Made by a program: the position numbers and the translations under genes
In this document: positions 31,371-40,068 of the stretch, in pieces
How positions within the stretch are numbered: the first letter of the stretch is position 1
Layout of the letters: each line of letters opens with the position of its first letter
Notes under the pieces: model-generated
What the model saw: only the letters and a program-made list of their open reading frames with translations
The model's database searches: none
What the model was told of the DNA's origin: nothing
Origin: Flammeovirgaceae bacterium
GTDB lineage: Bacteria; Bacteroidota; Bacteroidia; Cytophagales; Flammeovirgaceae
DNA: 54,852 nucleotides
NCBI GenBank assembly: GCA_019634305.1
Contig: JAHQVQ010000298.1
Location: forward strand, 1 to 54,852
Direction of reading: 5' to 3'

Positions 31371-33548
31371 TTATTCCATAAACCCTTTAAGCAAATCTCT
31401 TACATCATCAGCTGATTTAATATTTAATCTTGCAACTGATGCAGTAAGGCCGACTTTTATGGTGAATGCATCTTCAGGCATTGCTTTAAAAGTATCTTCA
31501 TCAGTTACATCATCTCCTATAGCCACAACAAAATCATTTTCATTATTACCGAGCCATTTTCTTGCTGCTTTCCCCTTATTTATAGCTCTGTTTTTTATTT
31601 CGATTACCTTATTGCCTTCCATAGTTTGTAAATCCATATTGGCAATTAGGTAGTTAAGGTTTGATAATAATTCTCTTGCCCTTAGTTCCCCAAAATCAGT
31701 ATCGGCTTTACGATAATGCCATACCAATGAATAATCCTTATCCTCGATAAATGAACCAGGTGTTCTATCAACATATAATTCAAGAATATGTCTGATTTCT
31801 TTTTTCCATGCCTGATCGATATTGTCAATCATACCCCATGTTTTCCCAGATTCTTTGAGCCAAACACCATGTTCGGCAATAAGATCTAAATCAAGATGTC
31901 CAAGCCAATCACCAAGTGTCCCTTTATCTCTACCACTTATAATGATGACTTTATTTTTTGGGTTTACTGTTAAATTTTCAAGAATATTTAGTAATTCTTC
32001 ATCTGGAGAAACTGCTTTTGGATTAGGTGAAAATCCTTTAAGTGTTCCATCATAATCTAGGAAAAGAATTCTCTTTTTAGCGTATTTATATTTTTGAATA
32101 ATTAGGTCAGCAGTTTTCCCTGTTACCATCTTCATATTCAAATCTTTTTGCTTTTGTTTTATGAAATCTAATTGGTCGAAAAATACTTCAACCCATCGGT
32201 GAATATTATACCTTTTAAGTTTCTCCTGCATTTCTTCGTTTCTTGCAATTTGCTCAGCTTCAGGCATTTCAAGAGCCTGGTGCATTGCATTAACGATTTG
32301 GTCAATATCATTTGGATTAATTAAAATAGCTTCAGACATTTCCTTTGCCGAGCCAGCCATTTCACTCAGGATTAAAACTCCTTTTTTATCAAGTTTACTG
32401 GCAATATATTCTTTGCAAACCAAATTCATCCCATCTCTTAGAGGAGTAATAAGCGCCACCTCAGCACTACTATATAAAGCAGATAGCGCATGGAATGAAA
32501 AAGACCTATAAAAATAATGGATAGGATTCCAGTCAATTCTACTGTATTTTCCATTGAGTGCGCCAACTAAGGTATCAATCTCATTTTTCAACTGATTATA
32601 TTGTTCCACTTTAACCCTTGAAGGGACTACAATGAGGATAAGAGAAACTTTCCCGATATATTCAGGGTATTTTTCCAAGAAGATATCAAAAGCTTGTAAT
32701 CGCTGTTTAATACCTTTGGAATAATCCAGTCTGTCGATGGACAATACCACCTTTTGGTTGGAAAGTATCTTAAAATACCTTTTAAGTTTATCAATGGTTT
32801 CCGGTGCATGCGTTGCCTTGGCATATTTATCATAATCAATTCCCATAGGGAAGGCATCTACCCCTATCAATCTGTTATTAATCCTAATCTGTCCCATTGT
32901 GTTTCCATGACCTAAAATTCTGTTTACTGAACTTAGGAAGTGACGCATATCGTCATAGGTATGAAAACCAATTAAATCAGAACCCAATATCCCTTCTAAT
33001 ATTTCTTCTCTCCAAGGCAAAAGCCTAAAAATTTCAAAAGAGGGAAAAGGTATATGTTGAAAAAAGCCAATGGTTGCATTGGGTAACTTTTCCCTAACCA
33101 TACTGGGTAGGAGTAGTAATTGGTAATCATGAATCCAGATTATATCTCCATCATTGGCATGGTGTAGAATTGCATCACAAAATTTCTGGTTTACCCTAAC
33201 ATAAGCTTCCCAGAGTTCTTTGTCGTAAGTTGCATATTCAGTGAAATAATGGAATAACGGCCATATAGTTTTATTACTAAATCCTTCGTAATAGTCCCTG
33301 ATATCTTTTTTACTTAGGAAAACCGGAGCCATATTATCCTGAGCAAGTTGGGAAGTAATGTTTTCCTTATCAGTTTCTGCATAATCGTGAAATCCTGGCC
33401 ATCCAATCCAAAGATTATTTCCTTTTTTATAAATGGAGCCAAGTCCAGTGGCTAATCCTCCTGCACTAGGCTGAAAATGTAATTTGTTTTCAATATGTTG
33501 GATAGTTACTGGTAATCGGTTAGATACAATTAATACTTTTTTTGACAT
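31371..33548 (-). CDS. tpsp: Bifunctional trehalose-6-phosphate synthase/phosphatase (GT20 + HAD fusion)
   Basis: VSNRLP, WIHDYQL, DRLDYSKG and DGMNLVCKE (OtsA part), then FLDYDGTL and IGDDVTDED (OtsB HAD part). Confidence 0.95.
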   Translation of the reverse strand: MSKKVLIVSNRLPVTIQHIENKLHFQPSAGGLATGLGSIYKKGNNLWIGWPGFHDYAETDKENITSQLAQDNMAPVFLSKKDIRDYYEGFSNKTIWPLFHYFTEYATYDKELWEAYVRVNQKFCDAILHHANDGDIIWIHDYQLLLLPSMVREKLPNATIGFFQHIPFPSFEIFRLLPWREEILEGILGSDLIGFHTYDDMRHFLSSVNRILGHGNTMGQIRINNRLIGVDAFPMGIDYDKYAKATHAPETIDKLKRYFKILSNQKVVLSIDRLDYSKGIKQRLQAFDIFLEKYPEYIGKVSLILIVVPSRVKVEQYNQLKNEIDTLVGALNGKYSRIDWNPIHYFYRSFSFHALSALYSSAEVALITPLRDGMNLVCKEYIASKLDKKGVLILSEMAGSAKEMSEAILINPNDIDQIVNAMHQALEMPEAEQIARNEEMQEKLKRYNIHRWVEVFFDQLDFIKQKQKDLNMKMVTGKTADLIIQKYKYAKKRILFLDYDGTLKGFSPNPKAVSPDEELLNILENLTVNPKNKVIIISGRDKGTLGDWLGHLDLDLIAEHGVWLKESGKTWGMIDNIDQAWKKEIRHILELYVDRTPGSFIEDKDYSLVWHYRKADTDFGELRARELLSNLNYLIANMDLQTMEGNKVIEIKNRAINKGKAARKWLGNNENDFVVAIGDDVTDEDTFKAMPEDAFTIKVGLTASVARLNIKSADDVRDLLKGFME

Positions 33549-33879
33549 TAAAATTTTTAGTTTAGTACTGTTATCTAATGAATATTTTTTATAAAATAGC
33601 TTAACAATTGATTTTGGAAATTTGCTTTCTTACAAATCCCTCAGTACAAATTATAGGCTCCTTAATATTGATATGAAAATGGTTTCTTGAAAACACAAAA
33701 AATAAATTCAAATACCTGTTTTGCACAAACCCATTGATAACCTTGAATAAGGGTTTTGCAAAAAGAAGTTGTGTAATAAGGATAAGTTTTACTCCAAAAT
33801 TAAGATTATTTCTGGTTTAATCTTAAGAAAATTAAATTACCCTGGGTAAAAGGTTTGTTTTTGAAAATCGTATAATGCC

Positions 33880-33906
33880 AAAAACCTTTCACAACGTGAA
33901 AGGTTT
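33880..33906 (-). terminator. Intrinsic terminator-like hairpin
   Basis: AAACCTTTCAC-AAC-GTGAAAGGTTT inverted repeat with a T5 run on the minus strand, about 50 bp downstream of the small ORF at 33956-34039. Confidence 0.6.
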
Positions 33907-33955
33907 GAGATTGCTTTTATTTTTTTAAAGTACTAAAATAAAATTCTTCGAAGTA

Positions 33956-34039
33956 TTAATTGTGATAGATTCTTAAGATAGCTTCTAATTCGTGAGAATA
34001 AATTCTGGTGAATGGCTCTTTAATTCTTGGTGATTTCAT
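33956..34039 (-). CDS. Candidate 27-aa small protein MKSPRIKEPFTRIYSHELEAILRIYHN
   Basis: ATG-to-TAA ORF translated by hand, followed by a same-strand terminator. Below the ORF-track cutoff and could be chance. Confidence 0.3.
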   Translation of the reverse strand: MKSPRIKEPFTRIYSHELEAILRIYHN

Positions 34040-34420
34040 GTCAAAATATTTTATATGTAGATGAAAAAATCCCTTCTAAATTGAAATATTTTAATTTTTT
34101 AGGGTATTGTAAAGTTCTATTTAATTTTATTAACATTCGGTTGAAAGAAACCAATAATAGTATCAATGTAATTTAATTGCAATTTTATGAAGGACTAATA
34201 ACTCAAACTAAATACTTTGTTTTGTTACTTTTAGTTGTTGTTTATCAGTTAGTTATGTGTTTTTTTTAAGATTGAAATCACATTTTTTTATTCTTTCTAA
34301 AAAGATGAAAAGGTAAAAGAAATGCTGTAATAAATGGGCATAAAAAAAAGGAAACTATTTGATTTCCTTAATTTTCAATAAATACTTTACGGCAAATAAT
34401 TGTGCATGAAGGAGTAAAGT

Positions 34421-34840
34421 TTACTCGCTTACAATGAGTTTTTTTGCAATTTTAAAATTACTTGAAGAAACCGACATGAAATAAAGACCGGGAGTCAATT
34501 TAATTTCGGGAGTGATTGAAAGTTCTGTGAAAGAACTTGTCGGATTAATTTGCTTATTATAAAGTACCTTTCCAATAGTATTATAAAGAGTAATATCTAA
34601 TGATTCTAATGAACCACTTTCAATTTCCAAGTTTATTGGTCCCTCTTTATAAGGATTTGGATATAATTTAACTTCCAAATCACCAGCATTATTAAAAGAT
34701 GATGATTCTACTTTCTGTACAGGATTTTTCCCATCAAATGATGCTGCCTGAATATAAATAGCAGAAATTGAAAAGGTAAGGACAAAAGCAAAAAGGTATT
34801 TTGTTTTGTAAATAAGGTTTTGAGTAAAAGTTCTTTTCAT
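34421..34840 (-). CDS. Minimal T9SS type A sorting-domain (Por secretion tail) protein
   Basis: Signal peptide, then VKLYPNP, LYNTIGK, LTPGLYF and terminal KKLIV motifs. Confidence 0.85.
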   Translation of the reverse strand: MKRTFTQNLIYKTKYLFAFVLTFSISAIYIQAASFDGKNPVQKVESSSFNNAGDLEVKLYPNPYKEGPINLEIESGSLESLDITLYNTIGKVLYNKQINPTSSFTELSITPEIKLTPGLYFMSVSSSNFKIAKKLIVSE

Positions 34841-35116
34841 GATTATTTTGCCGTTTTTTCTTTTATGATATTAAAATGTAAAAGTAACCCCTTTTATATA
34901 TCAATATGCGCTTTACTATTAAATGGTTGCCTTCGAACTAAAAAGTAATTGGTTTTTAACATTACTTAACTAATTCAGCTTAGGTCCTCTATATAAAAGA
35001 CGAAATTTATTGAAAGCTGGTTGGTGGAAACATGGTTTTTTTAGTAAGATTTAAATAAAGGTTCTTATTTGTTACAAAATTTGGAACGTGGAGTGGTCTC
35101 GATTTTTGTTAAAAAC

Positions 35117-35150
35117 AAAAAGCCCTGGCAAAATAAATTAACCAGGGCTT
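35117..35150 (-). terminator. Intrinsic terminator of the Gfo/TIM-barrel operon
   Basis: AAGCCCTGG / CCAGGGCTT stem with a T-rich tail on the minus strand. Confidence 0.7.
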
Positions 35151-35174
35151 GCCTCATATCATAATTCTATAACT

Positions 35175-36230
35175 TTAGCCTAGACCTAAAATCCTTTTAT
35201 TCATTTCTTCATCAGCTCCAGTGCCGGCAAAATCATCAAATGTTTTTTCTGTTACTCTAATGATGTTTTCTGCTATAAATTTGGCACCTTCTTTTGCTCC
35301 ATCTTCTGGATGCTTTAAAGCACATTCCCATTCCATTACTGCCCATCCATCAAAATTATATTGAGCCAATTTGCTAAAAATACCTTTAAAATCCACTTGT
35401 CCATCCCCTAAAGATCTGAACCTTCCTGGTCTTTCAACCCAACCCTGATAACCTCCATAAACTCCTGATCTTCCATTTGGATTAAATTCAGCATCTTTTA
35501 CATGAAACATTTTAATTCTTTCATGGTAAATATCAATGTGTTCCAGATAGTCTAAGCATTGTAATACATAGTGGCTAGGATCGTAAAGCAGGTTGGCTCT
35601 TGTATGGTTTCCGGTGGCTTCTAGAAATCTTTCGAAAGTAATTCCATCATGCAAATCCTCTCCTGGGTGAATTTCATAGCAAAGATCAACGCCTACTTCA
35701 TCGAAAGCATTTAAAATTGGGAGCCATCTGTTAGCTAATTCTTTAAAACCAGTTTCTACCAATCCGGCAGGTCTTTGTGGCCATGGATACATAGTATGCC
35801 ACAATAAAGCTCCAGAAAATGTTACATGGGCATTCAACCCTAAATTCTGGGTGGCTTTTGCAGCATAATGCAATTGTTGTTTGGCCCATTCTGTTCTAGC
35901 TTTAGGATTACCATGAAGTTCTTTAGGAGCAAATCCATCAAACATTTCGTTATATGCAGGATGAACCGCCACTAGTTGCCCCTGTAGGTGAGAGGATAAT
36001 TCAGTGATTTCCAAACCATGGGAATTTACAATTCCCTTAATTTCATCGGCATAAGTTTTACTTTCAGCTGCTTTTTGCAAATCAATTGCCCTACTATCCC
36101 AAGAAGGAATTTGTACACCCTTAAAGCCTAATCCTGCAGCCCATTTGCATATATTGTCAAGGTTATTGAAGGGAGCTTCATCCCCCATAAATTGCGCTAA
36201 AAATATTCCCGGTCCCTTAATTGTTTTCAT
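35175..36230 (-). CDS. Sugar phosphate isomerase/epimerase, xylose-isomerase-like TIM barrel (IolE-like)
   Basis: YEIHPGEDLHDG, YDPSH, FHVKDAE and VMEWEC metal-ligand motifs. Confidence 0.85.
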   Translation of the reverse strand: MKTIKGPGIFLAQFMGDEAPFNNLDNICKWAAGLGFKGVQIPSWDSRAIDLQKAAESKTYADEIKGIVNSHGLEITELSSHLQGQLVAVHPAYNEMFDGFAPKELHGNPKARTEWAKQQLHYAAKATQNLGLNAHVTFSGALLWHTMYPWPQRPAGLVETGFKELANRWLPILNAFDEVGVDLCYEIHPGEDLHDGITFERFLEATGNHTRANLLYDPSHYVLQCLDYLEHIDIYHERIKMFHVKDAEFNPNGRSGVYGGYQGWVERPGRFRSLGDGQVDFKGIFSKLAQYNFDGWAVMEWECALKHPEDGAKEGAKFIAENIIRVTEKTFDDFAGTGADEEMNKRILGLG

Positions 36231-36268
36231 CTTCGGTTAGATTATAGTGTTTTTTAATTTGATAATAT

Positions 36269-37423
36269 TTAAGATTTGAATGGATACCATTTCTGATCAC
36301 TTTTACTGGCTTCAATAACTGTTTCTATAAAAGCCATTCCCCTCAAACCATCTTCTATTGATGGAAAATCAGTATGGAGTGGATCAGGAGTTTCTCCTTT
36401 TAATTTACTTTTTAAAGTGGCTGCAAAATTTCTGTAAACATTGGCGAAAGCTTCAAGGTAAGCTTCAGGATGACCTGCAGGAATACGAGTATGTGCCTGA
36501 GCACTCTCTGATAGGTTTCCAACTCCGGTCCTTAATATCCGCTTTTCATCATTAGTTTGGAGAATCAAAGTATTGGGTTCTTGCTGATACCAGATTAACC
36601 CACCTGTTTCTCCATAAATTCTGATATTGAGATTATTTTCTTCTCCTACAGAAATCTGACTGCAATGTAAAATCCCCTTCGCTCCATTATCGAAATGTAA
36701 CAAAATATTGGCATCATCATCGAGTTTTCTTCCTTCCACGAAAATAGTAAGGTCAGCGCAAACTTCTGTAACTTTTAAGCCAGTAATGTATTCTGCTAAA
36801 TGCTCAGCATGTGTACCAATATCTCCTGTACCACCTGCAATTCCAGATTTTGAAGGATCAGTTCTCCAGGAAGCTTGCTTTTGTCCGGAAGCCTCCACTA
36901 AAGTAGAAAGCCATCCTTGCGGATATTCTACAATTACTTTCCTCACCTCGCCAATTTTACCTGATTTTACAATATCCCGAGCTTCCTTTACCATAGGATA
37001 GCCCGTATAATTGTAAGTTACAGCCAGTATTTGGCCAGACTCCTTTAATGCCTTTTCAATTTCTTTTGCTTCGGCTAATGTAAAGGCTAAGGGTTTATCA
37101 CAGACTACCGAGAAGCCATTTTTTAAGGCGAATAAAGTGGGAGGTGCATGCATATGATTTGGAGTAACTACCGAAACAAAATCCATCCTTTCACTTTCTG
37201 GTAGTTCTTTTTCCTTCAAAATCATTTCTTCATAACTGCCATATACCCGGTCTTGCGGCAAGTATAAATCTTTGCCTGAAGCTTTGGATTTTTCAGGGTT
37301 ACTACTAAAAGCACCACAAACTAATTCTATCTGACCATCCAGTCCGGAAGCCATCCGATGCACTCCACCGATAAATGCTCCCTGGCCTCCACCGACCATT
37401 CCCATTCTCAGTTTTCTTTCCAT
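36269..37423 (-). CDS. Gfo/Idh/MocA family NAD-dependent oxidoreductase
   Basis: GMVGGGQGAFIG, VTPNHMH, CDKP and GDIGTH motifs. Confidence 0.9.
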   Translation of the reverse strand: MERKLRMGMVGGGQGAFIGGVHRMASGLDGQIELVCGAFSSNPEKSKASGKDLYLPQDRVYGSYEEMILKEKELPESERMDFVSVVTPNHMHAPPTLFALKNGFSVVCDKPLAFTLAEAKEIEKALKESGQILAVTYNYTGYPMVKEARDIVKSGKIGEVRKVIVEYPQGWLSTLVEASGQKQASWRTDPSKSGIAGGTGDIGTHAEHLAEYITGLKVTEVCADLTIFVEGRKLDDDANILLHFDNGAKGILHCSQISVGEENNLNIRIYGETGGLIWYQQEPNTLILQTNDEKRILRTGVGNLSESAQAHTRIPAGHPEAYLEAFANVYRNFAATLKSKLKGETPDPLHTDFPSIEDGLRGMAFIETVIEASKSDQKWYPFKS

Positions 37424-37848
37424 ATTTAATTTTTGATTAGAGTATTGATGTTCGTTTATAATTTCTCACTAATTTATGGTAAAATTTTAATAATGCTGAT
37501 TTTACCAACAGTAATTTAAAACCAACCTTTTAGGAGGTTTAAGTTTTTAAAATGGAATTTTAGTTTACCTTGAATATTACAATTTTCTCTTTTAATTGTT
37601 AAATTTACTGATATCATTATTTTTGGAAAAGTTTTAATATTATATTTAACTAAAAAAGAAACATAAACTATTCTCAATCTTATTTAGATACTTTATTATG
37701 GAAATAAAAATTAACAGAGGAAGACTAGCCTTTTATATTTTTTATGAATGTTTTTTATTAAATAAGATTCATTTTTCAGAATCTAAATAATTCTGGAGGG
37801 ATTTAAAACTAACCTTTTACCATACATTAAAATTCAAAAAAATATAAA

Positions 37849-39390
37849 ATGGAAAATTCTACTGAAAATAATACACAAAAGCCCGATATGATGTTATTCT
37901 GGGGCTGTTTTTTTGCAATTGTAGCCACAGCATTTGGGTTTATCATTAGAGCAATGATTTTAGATGATTTAGGTGCTGAATTCAATTTATCCAATACACA
38001 AAAAGGTGAAATAGCTGGTGTTGGATTATGGCCTTTTGCGATTAGTATAGTACTTTTTAGTCTATTTATTGATAAAATAGGATATAAAGTGGCTATGATA
38101 TTTGCCTTTTTATGTCAAATAATTTCTGTTGTGATGACTATTTATGCAACGGATTATTGGATGTTATATGCGGGTACATTTGTCTTGGCATTAGGAAATG
38201 GAGCTGTAGAGGCTTTTGCTAATCCTGTGGTAGCTACTATTTTTTCTAAGGATAAAACCAAGTGGTTAAATATCTTACATGCTGGATGGGCTGGAGGTTT
38301 GGTTTTAGGAGGGGTGTTTGCATTATTTCTTGGTCCTGAAACAAGTTGGGAATTAAAAGTAGGTCTAATTCTTATACCGGTATTAGTATATGTTGTAATG
38401 TTAATTAAGAAACAATTCCCTGTTCAAGAAAGGGTACAGGCTGGAGTTTCTTATTTGGAAATGTTAAAGGAAGTTGGAATTGGAGGAGCTTTAATAATTA
38501 TAGGGTTAATAATTTTTCAACTTGGGGCAGTATTCAATTGGTCTACAATGGTAAGTGTAATTGCTACCATAGTAATTGTAGGAGCGTTTGGGTTTTACGT
38601 AAAGTCATTTGGTCAACCGTTATTTATATTCCTGTTATTAATTATGATACCCTTAGCCACTACAGAATTAGGAACAGATAGTTGGATTACAGATTTAATG
38701 GCTCCTGAAATGAAAAATATTGGTATTCAGGCTGGATGGATATTAGTTTATACATCTCTAATTATGGTGGTACTTAGATTTTTTGCTGGTTCAATAATTC
38801 ATAAAATTTCACCTCTAGGATTACTAGCTGTTTGTTCCTTAATAGCAAGTTTTGGTTTATACTTTTTATCCATAAGCTCAGGAGTAATTATTTTAGTAGC
38901 TGCTACAGTATATGGATTAGGGAAAGCATTTTTCTGGCCTACAATGTTAGGTTTAGTTGCAGAAAGATTTCCTAAAGGTGGAGCGCTTACATTAAATATA
39001 ACAGGTGGTGTTGGAATGATAGGAGTAGGTGTTATTGGTGCCGTTATATTAGGATTTGTACAAGATATTGCAGTTGATAAAAACCTTGCGGAATATGACT
39101 TGCAAAATAAAACAGAACTTCATACTAGCTATGTAACAGAAGAAAAGGAAAGTATTTTTGGTAGTTACATGGGTTTGGATGCTGAAAAACTTGGTGAGGC
39201 AAGTGAAAGTGAATTGATGGAAATTACTGCTGTACAAGAAGAAGCAAAAAAAGAAGCTTTAAAAACAGTAGCTATTTTTCCAATAATAATGTTTTTGTGC
39301 TATTTGTTTTTAATTATATATTTTAAATCAAAAGGTGGATACAAAGCAGTGGATTTAGAAGAAGGTTCTTCTATAAAACAACCTGCATGA
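37849..39390 (+). CDS. MFS transporter (putative sugar permease)
   Basis: About 12-14 TM helices, IDKIGYK loop motif and FFWPTMLG. Divergent from the Gfo gene. Confidence 0.85.
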   Translation: MENSTENNTQKPDMMLFWGCFFAIVATAFGFIIRAMILDDLGAEFNLSNTQKGEIAGVGLWPFAISIVLFSLFIDKIGYKVAMIFAFLCQIISVVMTIYATDYWMLYAGTFVLALGNGAVEAFANPVVATIFSKDKTKWLNILHAGWAGGLVLGGVFALFLGPETSWELKVGLILIPVLVYVVMLIKKQFPVQERVQAGVSYLEMLKEVGIGGALIIIGLIIFQLGAVFNWSTMVSVIATIVIVGAFGFYVKSFGQPLFIFLLLIMIPLATTELGTDSWITDLMAPEMKNIGIQAGWILVYTSLIMVVLRFFAGSIIHKISPLGLLAVCSLIASFGLYFLSISSGVIILVAATVYGLGKAFFWPTMLGLVAERFPKGGALTLNITGGVGMIGVGVIGAVILGFVQDIAVDKNLAEYDLQNKTELHTSYVTEEKESIFGSYMGLDAEKLGEASESELMEITAVQEEAKKEALKTVAIFPIIMFLCYLFLIIYFKSKGGYKAVDLEEGSSIKQPA

Positions 39391-39419
39391 TAAGAATAAT
39401 GATTAGGGATTAATTAAAT

Positions 39420-39456
39420 AAAAGAGGCTTTTTCATAAGATTTAAGCCTCTTTTTT
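39420..39456. terminator. Bidirectional intrinsic terminator
   Basis: AAAAGAGGCTT-loop-AAGCCTCTTTT between convergent genes. Confidence 0.75.
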
Positions 39457-40048
39457 ATGCCAGCATTTCCTGAATTTTTAATTGAAGCTCGGGGACAACC
39501 TTTTCCTCAAACCAAGGGTTTTTCCTCAACCAATAGGTATTTCTGGGAGAAGGGTGGACTAATGGTAGAAATTTAGGTAGGAAATCTTCATAAGATTTCA
39601 CTGTTTCCAACAAAGTCTTTTTACTATTTTTTCCCAAATAATATTGTTGAGCATATCTTCCAATTAACAAAGTAAGTTCAATTTCTGGCATTAAATCTAA
39701 CAAGGATTGATGCCATAGTGGAGCACATTCCTTTCTGGGTGGCAGATCTCCAGATTTCCCTTTCCCAGGATAGCAAAACCCCATAGGGATAATGGCTATT
39801 TTTTCAGTATCATAAAAAGTAGCCTTATCTAAATCCATCCATTTTCTCAGTCTGTCTCCACTTGGGTCATTCCAGGGAATGCCTGTATTATGGACTCTCG
39901 TACCAGGTGCTTGTCCAATAATAAGTATTTTCGATTTTGAAGTAGCTTCTAATACCGGGTTTGGTTCTAATGGAAGAAAGTCCTTACAAACCGTACATGT
40001 TTTTATTTCTCCAATTAAGTGTTGAAGTTTAGTGTTTATTTGGCTCAT
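39455..40048 (-). CDS. Uracil-DNA glycosylase superfamily protein
   Basis: CTVC, IIGQAPG, FCYPG and HPSPRN motifs. Confidence 0.85.
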   Translation of the reverse strand: MSQINTKLQHLIGEIKTCTVCKDFLPLEPNPVLEATSKSKILIIGQAPGTRVHNTGIPWNDPSGDRLRKWMDLDKATFYDTEKIAIIPMGFCYPGKGKSGDLPPRKECAPLWHQSLLDLMPEIELTLLIGRYAQQYYLGKNSKKTLLETVKSYEDFLPKFLPLVHPSPRNTYWLRKNPWFEEKVVPELQLKIQEMLA

Positions 40049-40068
40049 TAAATGGAATTTTGAATGGA

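Noticed and set aside
33718-33763. Imperfect inverted repeat TTTTTGCACAAACCC...GGGTTTTGCAAAAA upstream of tpsp
   Set aside because: Long loop and imperfect stem; cannot distinguish an operator, a terminator or chance.
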